Assembly: GCA_963749495.1 (NCBI GenBank)
Contig: CAVVMW010000022.1
Span: forward strand, 320,001-384,000
Origin: an uncultured bacterium
GTDB lineage: Bacteria; Verrucomicrobiota; Verrucomicrobiia; Limisphaerales; UBA8199
Direction of reading: 5' to 3'
Length of the DNA stretch: 64,000 nt
The number at the start of each line of letters is the position of its first letter. Position 1 is the first letter of the stretch. A program made the position numbers and the translations under genes. Under the pieces are notes generated by a model. The model saw only the letters and a program-made list of their open reading frames with translations, was not told where the DNA came from and did not search any database. This document shows positions 44,668 to 55,153 of the stretch, one piece after another.

Positions 44668-45065
44668 CTTGCCTTTCCGGGCAGGAAAAGCTAACGTGAG
44701 GCCGCATGTAACCGATGTGCAGCTTACGCAGCTAATCCTGCGCTAGTTGCGCTCCGTTGAGCGCTGACACGCTCGCGGAGCTTAATTTAAGTTTAGCTTG
44801 TTCTTTGGATTAGTAGGGCGGGGTGTCTCGCGCTAATGAAACGCATTGACCGTTTTTTATCGGCCTGGGCAGGCTCCCCGCCCGAAAGTCTGTTAATTTG
44901 GGTGAGTCCGGGTAGGGAAGGGCGATGTCCGCTGATGACGCGAACAAAGACCCAGCCCCCGCCCACCCGGACAGGTACGCCGCCAACAGGCCGCGAATGC
45001 AGCGTGGGTGCGCTGGTGGACCACTCTTGGCTTGTTGGCGAAATTCTCACGATCCCGGTAAACTC

Positions 45066-45788
45066 TCACACTTTTCCGTAAACGGCGCCCTTTGCCCCTT
45101 GGCGCTCGGAAACCATTCTCAGCGAACCCTTCTTATTCTTGAGCCAATACAGCACGGTTGGGATTGCTCCTGAAGGCAACGTCTTTGATGGGAAACGCTG
45201 CCTCACAAGCTCCTCAACGTCTGAGGCTTGAAAGTTTCCATCAATTGAGTTGATGATGTCCCTGATCTCTCCGTGGGTCACGTTGTTCTTTTTCTCCGGA
45301 CTCGGTGGCGATGCTGGGCGCTCTTGCACGTCCCCCGCCTGCGGTTCATCCGGCTTAGGCGGCTTGGCGTTCGGATACCAGGCCAAGAGTCCAAAATCCC
45401 CATTTGGCAAGCGATGGAAGATACTGCTGCTTTTCCGAAGATTATTGCGGACGGTCGTCTTAGCGTTTTCCTCATTCTCTGTTTCAAACCTGTAGCCGCC
45501 GCTTTTAATGGCTTCGTAAATCTGAGAGACCGTTGCGGGGCCTTGGTTCGCGGCCTTCCTCATCTCCAGATAATTCCTAATGGCGGTGGTGATGGCGAGG
45601 CCGTAGAATTTATCCCCGCGAATTGTCAGGCTTTCGTTTCCAGAAAGGGCTATGTTGGCGTATCGCAGGGGCAGGCCGCCCTCTGTGCAAAGCTCATTGA
45701 TCAGCTTTTTAAGCTTTGCGGCCTCGTCCTCCTTCGCCCGGACCCTCTCGGCCAAGACTTCGATTGTGTTTGAGATGGGCTCGTTCAT
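45066..45788 (-). CDS. Hypothetical protein, probable winged-helix DNA-binding domains
   Basis: Low-GC ORF; coiled-coil N-terminus; helix-turn-helix-wing-like segments ending in FGLLAWY and GAVYG. Confidence 0.55.
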   Translation of the reverse strand: MNEPISNTIEVLAERVRAKEDEAAKLKKLINELCTEGGLPLRYANIALSGNESLTIRGDKFYGLAITTAIRNYLEMRKAANQGPATVSQIYEAIKSGGYRFETENEENAKTTVRNNLRKSSSIFHRLPNGDFGLLAWYPNAKPPKPDEPQAGDVQERPASPPSPEKKNNVTHGEIRDIINSIDGNFQASDVEELVRQRFPSKTLPSGAIPTVLYWLKNKKGSLRMVSERQGAKGAVYGKV

Positions 45789-46073
45789 ATTCTGATTCCG
45801 TTAGTTACGCGACCAATGAACCATGATAGTTTACGCCAGTCAAACACTTTTCATGACATTGGGCGATTTATTTTGTGAAGGCACATTAGATAGTTGGCAC
45901 GGAGTCTGCTGCACAGAATGAGCACCCAGAACGCCAGCACAGTGGGCACTCGCACTTTTCATTTGCACCGGCCCGGCGGGGTGCGATAGTAAATAAGAAG
46001 CCCCCGTTGGCAGACTCGGAAGTCCGCCCGCAGGTGGATGCCTGCCGGGGGCCGTTACACAAGTCGGTTCGTT

Positions 46074-46433
46074 ATGAGTGATACAAACACAACCTGCAAA
46101 TGGACGGGTGCCAGTGGCACCCAATACACGTACTACATCTATACCCTGCCGCAGAGTTTTAGCAAGTGCGACGGCAACTATATCTACGCCAAGCATCCCC
46201 CTGGGCCTCCCACTTCAGGTTGGCTTGCGGTTTACATCGGCGAGGGAGATCTTGAGGATCGCTGTAGTGAGAAGCATCACCGCGCAGACTGCATTTCTGA
46301 AAAGGGCGCAACACACGTTCACGCTCACAAAAATGCCTCCGAGAAGGACCGGAAAGCCGAAGAATCGGATCTGCTCGCCGGCAACCCGGAGGCTTATGAG
46401 CCCACAGGCTGTAATGTGAAAGAGGGCGGTTAA
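46074..46433 (+). CDS. Small GIY-YIG-like protein
   Basis: GNYIYAK...VYIGEG.L..R, late E..L motif. Confidence 0.5.
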   Translation: MSDTNTTCKWTGASGTQYTYYIYTLPQSFSKCDGNYIYAKHPPGPPTSGWLAVYIGEGDLEDRCSEKHHRADCISEKGATHVHAHKNASEKDRKAEESDLLAGNPEAYEPTGCNVKEGG

Positions 46434-47049
46434 GCCTTGGCCCCCTCCCCTACGCTTGTCGGTTTATCGGGCACGCCGGGCAAATTCTGCCAAGCGACCC
46501 AGTGATACAGCCCCAAGGCCACGCTGGCCACTTCGGCCTCAGTTCACGGGCGGGGGCTGATTGCTGCTGCGATTTCACAGCATCGCATACGGATGTCGCA
46601 CAAGCGGGCCAATGCCGCACTTGCGGGTTTACTGTCACTTTGCATTACTGCGGTTTCCGTGCTGATTGGGCCACCCGTCATTGGGCGGCCTACGCCTTAA
46701 AAGGCGCGCACTATGCGATCCGACCGCACACACGCAGCCATCCCGACCAGAAAAACCGCATCACGGGACGCGGCTTAACCCTGCCGGCAACAATCCAACC
46801 TCACACCACCGTACTCGGAAGTAAAATCCTGACCGTGGGCCGAGGTCCACGGCTACCTTCACCGCGTCGCTCCGCGACGGGCGCGCTGCGTTCGGCTCAC
46901 CGCGTAGCGGTGCCTGAAGGTAGCCGTGGACTTCCAGTCCACGGACCCCTGGAGCAAGATCACCCGCGTCGCGTAGCGACGCCTGGAAACCGCGAAGCCG
47001 TCAAGCGTTGCTACGCGACGCGTGACGCGGCACAGGCTCGACGTTCCTC

Positions 47050-48363
47050 CTACTCCGGCAGCGGCTTGCCCTTGGTCTCGGGTGCAAAGACCAGGATCAC
47101 CAACCCCACGAGGTAGATCAGCGCGATGGCGCTGGCGGCCCGGCCGAAGCTCCCCAGCCTGGTCACGAGGAATCCGGTGAGAAACGGACCGGTCGAGGCC
47201 AGCACGCGTCCGGCGTTGAAGCAGAAGCCGGCGCCGGTGGCGCGGATGCTGGTCGGGTAGAGTTCGGGCAGGTAGATGGGGAAACCGCTGAAGATGCCAT
47301 TATTGAAGAAACCGAGCAGCGGAAGGAGCAACAGCACCTGGCCGTACGAGTGCGGAGCCAGAAACGTCAGCGGCAGCATCACCAGGCTGCCGGCGCACAT
47401 CAGCGCGAAGACCGCGCGCCGCCCGAACCGGTCGGCCAGCGGACCAAAACTCAAATAACCGCCCAGGGCGCCGACATTGAGCAGCATCGCCGCCCAACTC
47501 ACCCGCAGGGCCAGGTCGGCGGCGTTCAACCCTCTGAGGTCGGCGAGCGAACGGATCAACTCAGGCGTCCAGTTGGTGGCGCCCCAAAGGCCGAACACGG
47601 CCACCAAGGCGAGCCCGGAGCCGGCCAAAGTCGCGCGCAGCCGGCCCGGCTTGAAGAGTTCCGGCAGCCTGGACCGTTGCCTCACGCCCGCTCCACATTC
47701 CAATTCCCGCGCGCGGGCCCGCACCCACCGGTCCGGCTCTTTGACACAACGCCGCACCAGCAGGGCAAGGATGGCCGGGGCGATGCCGGCCAGGAAGAGC
47801 AGCCGCCAACTCTGATGGCGCAGGAGCAGGTTGAGCAGCGCCGCCATCAGAAAGCCCGCCGCCCAGGCGCTTTGCAGCGCCCCCGCCGCCTTGGCTCGCT
47901 TCTGCTCGGGCCAGACCTCCGCGACCAGCGCCGCCCCCGCCGCCCATTCGCCCCCGATCCCCAGCGCGGTCAGGAACCGGTACAGGGCCAGTTGCCACCA
48001 GGTTGCCGAGAGCGCCGCCAGCCCGGTAAACACCGCATAAAGGAGGATCGTCACGATCAGCGTCCGCGTCCGGCCAAAACGGTCGGCCACGATGCCGAAC
48101 AATATGCCCCCGACGGCCCAGCCGATGAGAAAGATGGAGAAGATGATGCCGCCATACTTGAGAATGATCTCAGTGGGCACGGCGCCTCCTGCCGGCCCGG
48201 CCAGGAGATCCCGCAGCGCCGGGTGCAAGACCAGCGCGTAGATCGTGGCGTCCATCGAGTCGAATACCCAGCCCAACCAGGCCACCAGCAGAACCAGCCA
48301 CTGGTAGCGCGTGGCGCCCTGATACCAGGAAACGGAGGCCGGTTGCTCGATTGCAGTCTGCAT
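47050..48363 (-). CDS. MFS transporter (aromatic acid/carboxylate type), copy 1
   Basis: LGWVFDSMD, ADRFGR, GIGGEW, PELYPT.IRATG, PETKGK. Confidence 0.92.
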   Translation of the reverse strand: MQTAIEQPASVSWYQGATRYQWLVLLVAWLGWVFDSMDATIYALVLHPALRDLLAGPAGGAVPTEIILKYGGIIFSIFLIGWAVGGILFGIVADRFGRTRTLIVTILLYAVFTGLAALSATWWQLALYRFLTALGIGGEWAAGAALVAEVWPEQKRAKAAGALQSAWAAGFLMAALLNLLLRHQSWRLLFLAGIAPAILALLVRRCVKEPDRWVRARARELECGAGVRQRSRLPELFKPGRLRATLAGSGLALVAVFGLWGATNWTPELIRSLADLRGLNAADLALRVSWAAMLLNVGALGGYLSFGPLADRFGRRAVFALMCAGSLVMLPLTFLAPHSYGQVLLLLPLLGFFNNGIFSGFPIYLPELYPTSIRATGAGFCFNAGRVLASTGPFLTGFLVTRLGSFGRAASAIALIYLVGLVILVFAPETKGKPLPE

Positions 48364-48719
48364 ATTCCGTAAGCTGCTTGCACGGGCCAGGCCTCCCGCC
48401 TGCCCCGGCCCGCTGAATCTGGCCCCGAGCATACCCCGGCGCCCTCCACCTGGAAAGCCCTGCCTTGGCGGACATGCGCCTCTGGCCCAGTCGGTTGGGC
48501 AGTTCCTGACACCGCCGCCCGGAGTGCGCCCGTCCCCGGGCGCAGCAGCGACGGAGTGAGCAGGCGCACCGGAGTACTTGACCGCTGCCCTGGCTGCGGA
48601 CGCCGCTGCGCCCGGGGACGGGCGCACTCCCATCTCGCTGCGCCCGAGGACGGACGCACTCCCACCTCGTCGCAGCCGGGGGTGCGGTCGTCGGGATGCG
48701 CGCCTCACGCCGGGGGCGA

Positions 48720-48878
48720 TTATGTGCTGAAGCGAGCGGTGCAAAGGCCCAGCAGGCATTTCATGCCGAGGACCTGATTGGGTTGCGGCGTCTCGGCCCG
48801 TAGATGAAAATGGTTGGACATGAGGCAAAATGCCTCGACCTGCGACCCGGTTTTTTCGCAGGTTTGACCCAGGGCTTC
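48720..48878 (-). pseudogene. Fragment of HUH/Y1 (RAYT/IS200-like) transposase
   Basis: Translates EALGQTCEKTGSQVEAFCLMSNHFHLRAETPQPNQVLGMKCLLGLCTARFST*, containing the HUH motif NHFHL. Confidence 0.75.
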
Positions 48879-48897
48879 CGTTGTGTCAATAGTTTCA

Positions 48898-49038
48898 CTG
48901 ACTCCGATTTAACCCAAGGGCTATTGCGCAAGGTCAATCAAGAAAGCGCTGCCCGGCACCGGTCCCTTGGAAGTCCCTGCGAAATAGTTGGTGACCCGGA
49001 CTCAGATTGTAAAAAACGTATAGATGTGACCCCGATTT
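48898..49038. mobile_element. Element B copy 1 (~140 bp, bounded by direct TGAC(T/C)CCGATTT)
   Basis: Further copies at 58720-58859, 59004-59143 and 59153-59292. Confidence 0.75.
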
Positions 49039-49129
49039 GCTCACGTCATAGTTGTAGGAGTCCGCCAACTCCACCGGGGCCTCGAAGCCGCCATTGGACA
49101 CGGGAGAAGCGGCCTCGCCCAGAGGCATG

Positions 49130-51530
49130 AGGCGGGCAAGCGGGTTCCAGCCGCCTGCCTGTCGGGCAGACAGGTCGTACAGGAACAGGCGGGCGGTCTG
49201 GGCGACGTACTCATCAGTAAATAGCATAAGACACACTCGGAGCCTTAAAAAAAGACCGGACCAGGCCCCGATCTCGCTTGATCCCAGCTAGATCCTGCTC
49301 AATCCGTTGTCGCAGCGCCTCATTCTTGCGCAAAGGCTTCTTGCTGGTGCCATTCTGCTTCAAGTGGCTCCAGGCGAATTCATCAGGATTCAAATCCGGA
49401 GCATAGGGCGGCAGAAAGTGAAGTTCTAACCAGCCTTTGGTTGATTGCACATACTCGGCCACCGACTTAGCCTTATGCGCGGGCAGTCCGTCGATGACCA
49501 ACATTACCGGTTTCCTGCGCCCTCTCACAAGGTCTTTGAGCATTAGCACGAACCGCGCCGCATTGAGCGTGCCGCTATAAACGTTGTACCAAAAGGCTCC
49601 CTTGGCGTTCACCGCACTGATCGCGTTAATGTGCTGACGCTGCCCAGAGGTTTTCACCACCGGTGTTTTGCCTTTCAGTCCGTAACTCCGTCCCAGCGGA
49701 CTATCGGATCGCACGCCCACTTCATCGAGAAAGAAGATGTCCGCACCCCTCTGTTTAGCCCGCTTCCTCAACTCCGGATACTTCTCCTCCTTCCACTGGC
49801 GGATCTCTGCCTCATTTCGCTCGTAAGCTCGGCGCAGTGGCTTCTGGGGCGTTATGTCCAGCGAAGTTAGCAGACGACCTATCGAGGGAAGTGTCAGCGA
49901 GACTTCAAACCTATCCTGGATCATCGTGGCGACGATGCTTCGGGTCCATAACCCGAAATCAAATCCGTATTGGCGTGGGTCCTTGCCGACGATCCAACGC
50001 CTAACCTGCCGCTTTTGGCCTTCCGTTAGCTTGGGCGTCGGCCCTTTAGCCGTCGTGCTCCGCAAAGCTTCGCGTCCGCGCTTCCTACGTGCGCGCAGCC
50101 ACTTATAGATGGAGGTCCGATAGATTCCGAACGACTTCGCCACAACACTGGGCCTCTCGCCAGCCAAGACGCGGTCCGTAGCGAGCATCCGCATGTGCTC
50201 CAAGACCTTGTGGTCCAACGAGCGATTATCGATCTTTGCCATGCCGGAGTGAACATAGCACGGTCCCATCGGGTGTGTCAAATCCTATTTACTGGTGAGT
50301 ATTGTGAGCCGTTCCAGGTCGAGACGATTTTTTGGATTCGCCGGCCTTCGTAATCGTAGGTGAAATCCAGCTTGAGCTGTGAGCCGGTGGGCGCGCCGCT
50401 CAGGCTCGTCATGTCGGTGAGCCGGTTCTCCGCGTCCCAGGTGTATGTCCAGCGACCGTCGGTCCCGAGGTTGCCGTCGCCGTCGTACCCGAACTGCTCC
50501 GGCGTCTGCGGCACGTAGAGGCTGCCTGTGGCGGTGGCCACAACGTCGGTGCCGCCGGCACCGCCAGGGAGCAGGGCCATATTGGTCAGGGCCAGCCAAA
50601 CCGGACCGTTGGTGTTGGGCACAGGGAGCTCCGCGCGGAAATAGGTGCCCTTGCGAATGGCCTGGGCGTAGGAGCCGTTGGTGCTCCAGAGCGCCACGTT
50701 CGCGCTGGCGCTGGCGGTGCCGAGGGTCTGCACGTAGCCCGGCACGTCACGGCTCACGTACCGGTTGAGCCCGCCATTATCGAGCGTATAATTGGCATGG
50801 CGGACGTTGTTCCAGCCAGCGTCACCCCCGCGCTCCGTGAAGAAGCGGTTGCCGATCGTGTCGAATTCATACCTGAACCACTGGCCGGCGACCGCCGTGC
50901 CGTCGTTCCAGTACCCTCAGGCCGTAGGTGAGGCTGGCCGAGGTTATTGTAGCTGTAGAGCCAGCACGAGTTGTCGGTATTGGTCACGCTCCAGCGCTGG
51001 TTCGCGGAATTGTACCCGTAAGCGTGCGAGTCCACAGTCCCCTGTCCACTGTCCGCCCTCCAGATTTGGGTCAGCCGGTTCAGGGAGTCGGTACTGTTTT
51101 GTCGTCGTCATCCGGGTGGTCCCGTTGTTCGCAAAGGCAATTTGGCTGACCAGCGGCGAGTTGGCAAGGTACGAATAGGTGGCGGTGTTGTTGTTGCCGT
51201 CGTTGACCGTCAGGAGCCGGGAGGCGGCGTCAAAGCCGAAGGATTGTTGGATTAATGGGTTGCCGGATTGCTGGAGGGTCAGGCTGGTCCGCCGAAGGAG
51301 TTGGTCATAGCCGGAGGCGAGTGCCAGGCCGGCAAGAAGGCCGGCGCTGTTGGTCTCGGCCAGGAGTTGGCCCGCGTCGTTGTACGAAAGGAGGGTGACG
51401 GCCATGCCGTTGGTGACCCCGATCTGGCGGCCGAGGCGATCGTAAGAGTAGCCGAGGGCAGGAGTGGAGTCGTTATAGGAAACGGCGCTGAGGGCGCCGG
51501 CATTGTCGTAAGCGTATGTAGTGGTGACAA
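49130..51530 (-). pseudogene. RHS/YD-repeat protein fragment, interrupted by IS630 and frameshifts
   Basis: YAYDNAG, YDRLGR, FDAASRL, YDGDGNL, WDAENRL, YDYEGRRIQK, YD..GWN. Confidence 0.85.
49210..50299 (-). mobile_element. IS630-family insertion sequence (transposase 49214-50242), intact, TA duplicated
   Basis: IRs ctcatcagtaaatag / ctatttactggtgag flanked by TA; FFLDE, VIDG, LPPYAPDLNPDE. Confidence 0.93.
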
Positions 51531-51569
51531 GACGAGACCAGGTGCGGGTCTGAAGGCGGCCGGCGGTCC

Positions 51570-51706
51570 AAGGGGTCATAGGCGCATGCGCCGCTGACGC
51601 TTTGCCGTCGGCGCAAAGGGCCGCCGGAGGAACCAAGAAGTGGTAACATGGGAAAATGAGGGACTTCACGCTCAAGAGTTGTCAATATTACCTTCCGACC
51701 CCTTTT
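51570..51706. mobile_element. Element C: AAGGGGTC...TTGTCAAT...GACCCCTTTT-bounded segment
   Basis: Shares end motifs with elements A and B; lies between an RHS fragment and an immunity-like gene. Confidence 0.5.
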
Positions 51707-51815
51707 CGACTTGTGGCTCCCTTAACTGGGGGCTATGGGGGCAGGTGTGGAGGGCGGGCACCTTGGATGGACTGCCCGAAGTTTAGCTGGGAGCAGCGAT
51801 CCTCAAACGCCACCC

Positions 51816-52154
51816 TCAACCTACTAGGATTGGATAGAAGGCGAATAAGAAGACGGTGACACTCGCAACCAGCGACACATAGGTCCATCGCTTGCGGAAC
51901 TTCACCATCTCAGGCGAGCTTTGCCTGAGGAGGCGGAGAGCGACTAACGACAGAAGCCCCAGTCCCACGGCGGTGAAGACGCATACGAACACAATGTCCC
52001 ACACGTGGTAGATCCGAGCCCGCCCGAGGGGACCCGTAATAGTGTAGGCCTGATGATGCAACCACCACTCCAGCACAATGGCGATGAGGCATGCCACGTT
52101 CTCTAAGAACAAGAGGACGTTGCACACTACGACAGAGACGCTCCCGGGCCTCAT
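51816..52154 (-). CDS. Small 3-TM protein, candidate RHS immunity protein
   Basis: Immediately downstream of the RHS C-terminal tip; hydrophobic; lower GC. Confidence 0.5.
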   Translation of the reverse strand: MRPGSVSVVVCNVLLFLENVACLIAIVLEWWLHHQAYTITGPLGRARIYHVWDIVFVCVFTAVGLGLLSLVALRLLRQSSPEMVKFRKRWTYVSLVASVTVFLFAFYPILVG

Positions 52155-52183
52155 TGGTTAAGAGTCTGCTGGCGCCCCTGCCT

Positions 52184-52990
52184 TCATTGTGCTTTAGATT
52201 GGTCCGTGCTTTGTTGCCAATCGCCAGGCCATATCAGCGTGGGATACAACTGCGGTGTATCGTCGTAGTGCCAGTACCCGCCCCACTGGACGCTCCAGTA
52301 CACCGTTCCCTTGTCGGCTCCAGCAACGCAGACAATTTTCGTGCGCAGGTGCATGTAATAACTCCCCCTTGTGTACAGGAGCCAGGTTGGGCCGTAGGCG
52401 TATACCCCTGGATCGTCGCCCTGGGTTGCTTGGGTGTCAGAAGCAGGAAGATGATTCTTGACGTTGGCGCCAGCGAAAGCGTTGCAGTCCCATGTATCAC
52501 ATTGAGGCCGCTCGATGGGTCGTAGTTGTCGTCCTGCCATGTTCCGGAGCCGTAGTTGCTGCCCAAGGCTCTTTCCTGACGCCACTCGGCCCGTGTACAC
52601 GGCTTGCAGTTGCAGACGTTGTTCCACTTGCCGTCCGCTGGCGGCGTCCAGGTAATCGAGGAATCTATCGTCCGCTGATGTTTCCATCCCTGGTCGCTCT
52701 TTTCAGGAATTATGGTAACACTGATGGTGCCGTGGCCGGCCATCGAGTGAGTTTCACTGAATAGCCCCAAGGCATCGCAAGCCGTCAAAGGTGCGTTACC
52801 AACGAAGCCGTAGAGATTCGCTCCACCTCGCCGTCCAGCGGGGTCCCTGCTCAGCCACCTTCCCGTTAACGTGTTCAAATACCGATACCCGTAGTAAAGC
52901 AAATCCGTCTCATCATCTTGGAACTTGGTCGAGAAACGGAAGGGGTTGGCCTTGGCCATGGGGCCGGTGGCGCGGAGGAGTTCACCGATC
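52184..52990 (-). pseudogene. Orphan RHS core end plus variable C-terminal (toxin) domain, probable frameshift ~52500
   Basis: GELLRATGPMAKANPFRFSTK..LLYYGYRY..GRWLSRDP..NLYGFVGN.P...DALGL followed by unique sequence; 5' end cut by element A. Confidence 0.85.
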
Positions 52991-53103
52991 AAAGGGGTCA
53001 ACCCATAACTTTTCACTTATGGGTCCTCTCACTTTGGTCCTTTGGTCTTCGTTTTGCCTGTAAAATTCGTTGTCAATGGGAAAAGTTATGGTTTGACCCC
53101 TTT
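52991..53103. mobile_element. Element A copy 1 (113 bp, 24-bp imperfect terminal inverted repeats)
   Basis: aaaggggtcaacccataacttttc ... gaaaagttatggtttgaccccttt. Confidence 0.9.
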
Positions 53104-53548
53104 CCCGATGGTGTCGAACTGGTACTGGAATTGCTGGCCCGCGACAAGCGAGCCATCCCCCCAATACTTGTGCGCATTGGTAAGCTGCCCAAGGGGATCG
53201 TAGGCATAGACCCAGTACCAGTTGTCGGCATTGGTCATGTTCGTGCGCTGGTTGGCGCTGTTGCAGCCGTAGGCGTGCAAGTCCACAGTCCGCAGTCCAC
53301 CGTTGACAGTCGAAATCTGCGTCAGCCGGTTCAGGGCATCGTACTGTTTGGTCGTCGTCATCCGGGTCGTCCCGTTGTTGGCAAAGGTAATTTGGCCGAC
53401 CAGGGGCGAGTTGGCAAGATAAGAGTACGTGGCGGTGTTGTTGGCGCCGTCGCTGGCGGTCAGGAGGCGAGAGGCGGCGTCGAACCCGGAGGATTGTTGG
53501 ACGAATGGATTGCCGGATTGCTGGAGGGCCAGGCTGGTCCGGCGAATC
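53104..53548 (-). pseudogene. Internal RHS fragment bracketed by two A elements
   Basis: FDAASRL, YDALNRL, YDPLGQL; diverged paralog of ~50850-51295. Confidence 0.85.
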
Positions 53549-53661
53549 AAAGGGGTCAACCCATAACTTTTCACTTATGGGTCCTCTCACTTTGGTCCTT
53601 TGGTCTTCGTTTTGCCTGTAAAACTCGTTGTCAATGGGAAAAGTTATGGTTTGACCCCTTT
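53549..53661. mobile_element. Element A copy 2
   Basis: One substitution relative to copy 1. Confidence 0.9.
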
Positions 53662-53930
53662 CTCTCGAAGCGATCATGTCCTCCGGCCTGCGGCATCTCT
53701 ACCTGGGCCACCTCAGCCGCGAGTGCAATCGGCCCGACCTGGCCTATCGAGTCATCCAGCAACGGTTGGCCAAGATCGGCGCCTCCCATGTCCGGGTCGA
53801 ACTCACCTCCCAATCGGTCCCCTGCTCTGCCCTGACCGTCCAGATCGACGGCGCCGAGGCGCCCCAGGCGCCGCCGGCGCCGCCGCCACGGCTTGCGGAA
53901 TCTCCGGTCCAGGCCCATTTGCCGATTTAG
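53662..53930 (+). pseudogene. 3' remnant of MBL-fold metallo-hydrolase (YycJ-like)
   Basis: LRHLYLGHLSRECN motif; the 5' part is replaced by element A. Confidence 0.6.
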
Positions 53931-54058
53931 TCGCTGATGTGTACCCGGCGTATGACACAACGCGCGTTGAGCAGTCGTCTCCCTCTCCCCATCGGATGGG
54001 GAGAGGGCCGGGGTGAGGGGTCTGCTCATGTGTCCCGTCCCACTTCCCACTGAGTCAC

Positions 54059-54904
54059 TTGTTCCACGCCCAACCCATAGTCGCCTTTGATTGGCCCGAG
54101 CTGGAGCCCTACCGCACGATGCGGCGCCAGCACGACCACCGCCAGCAGGGCCTCTTCGTGGCTGAAGGTGAGAAACTGGTCCGCCGCCTCCTGGAGAGCC
54201 GCTTCACCGTCGTCTCCGTGCTGCTGCCGGAAAAATGGCTGCGGGACCTGGCGCCGTTCCTCCAGGCCCGGCCCGAGGACATCAGCGTTTTCGTTGCGGA
54301 AAAGAAGCTGCTGGAGACGCTGACGGGCTTTTCGATGTACCAGGGATTGCTGGCGGTGGGGCGAGTGCCGCCGCCGCTCTCGTTGGAGAGGATCCTGGCG
54401 CAAGCAGCCAAACCACGCCTCCTTGCGGCCGCGGACGGGCTGTCGAGCGCGGAGAACCTCGGGGCCTTGGTCCGCAATTGTGCCGCCTTCAACGTGCAGG
54501 CCCTCATCGCGGGCGAGACGTGCGTCAGCCCCTACTTGCGCCGCGCAGTCCGCGGGTCCATGGGCGCCATCTTTCACCTGCCCGTCCTGGAGACCAAGAG
54601 CCTGGCCGGGACGCTGACCCAATTGCGGCAACACGGCGTTCGGGGCATCGCGGCCCATCCGCACGCGCGCGCCCGCCCTTTGTGCCAAGCCGATTTCTCC
54701 GGGGACTGCTGCCTGGTGTTCGGCAGCGAAGGCTACGGGCTCTCTGGCGCGGTGCTGGCAGCCTGCCAGGATGCCGCAACCATCCCCATGCCGCCCACGG
54801 TGGATTCCCTCAATGTGGGCAGCGCCGCAGCGGTCTTCTTCTACGAAGCAAATCGGCAACGCCTGCGTCGCGGGGCGCAGGGGTCCAACGAATGCGGGAG
54901 TTGA
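54059..54904 (+). CDS. TrmH/SpoU family RNA methyltransferase
   Basis: FVAEG, ENLGALVR, RGSMG, FGSEGYG, IPM..VDSLNVG. Confidence 0.92.
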   Translation: MFHAQPIVAFDWPELEPYRTMRRQHDHRQQGLFVAEGEKLVRRLLESRFTVVSVLLPEKWLRDLAPFLQARPEDISVFVAEKKLLETLTGFSMYQGLLAVGRVPPPLSLERILAQAAKPRLLAAADGLSSAENLGALVRNCAAFNVQALIAGETCVSPYLRRAVRGSMGAIFHLPVLETKSLAGTLTQLRQHGVRGIAAHPHARARPLCQADFSGDCCLVFGSEGYGLSGAVLAACQDAATIPMPPTVDSLNVGSAAAVFFYEANRQRLRRGAQGSNECGS

Positions 54905-54947
54905 ACGGTTGACCCTGGAGACGGCAGTTGAATAGCCGCCAAAAGGC

Positions 54948-55105
54948 ATCGAGTAGAGCAGAGGCGCGAACATGATTAGGCCAATGACTTCCAGTGTATC
55001 GGCCCTTTCGGGCATCGTGGCAAACGGTCATCAGGCCATTCACTTCGTTTCCTCTGCCCCCTCTAAAATTCCGTACGGTGGTTTTTCCCCAGTACGGCTT
55101 TTCTG
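54948..55105 (-). ncRNA. Group II intron 3' fragment (domains V-VI)
   Basis: Minus strand AAGCCGTACTGGGGAAAAACCACCGTACGGAATTTTAGAGGGGGC...GCCTCTGCTCTACTCGAT. Confidence 0.7.
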
Positions 55106-55153
55106 CGGGCATTGAGCCGCGAGAAGGCGCAGAAGACGCAAAACATGAAGGAC

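Larger units (their letters stand above)
46830..49038. repeat. Copy 1 of a 2.2-kb direct duplication (REP + MFS + Y1 transposase fragment + element B)
   Basis: Aligns with 56652-58859 at offset 9822. Confidence 0.9.

Noticed and set aside
48364..48828. Long N-terminal extension of the MFS ORFs (also 58186-58650)
   Set aside because: Read-through of a REP palindrome and the transposase remnant. Family similarity starts near MQTAIEQ.
50850..53548. RHS paralog pair as a DGR template/variable repeat
   Set aside because: Differences are not adenine-specific and no reverse transcriptase is present.
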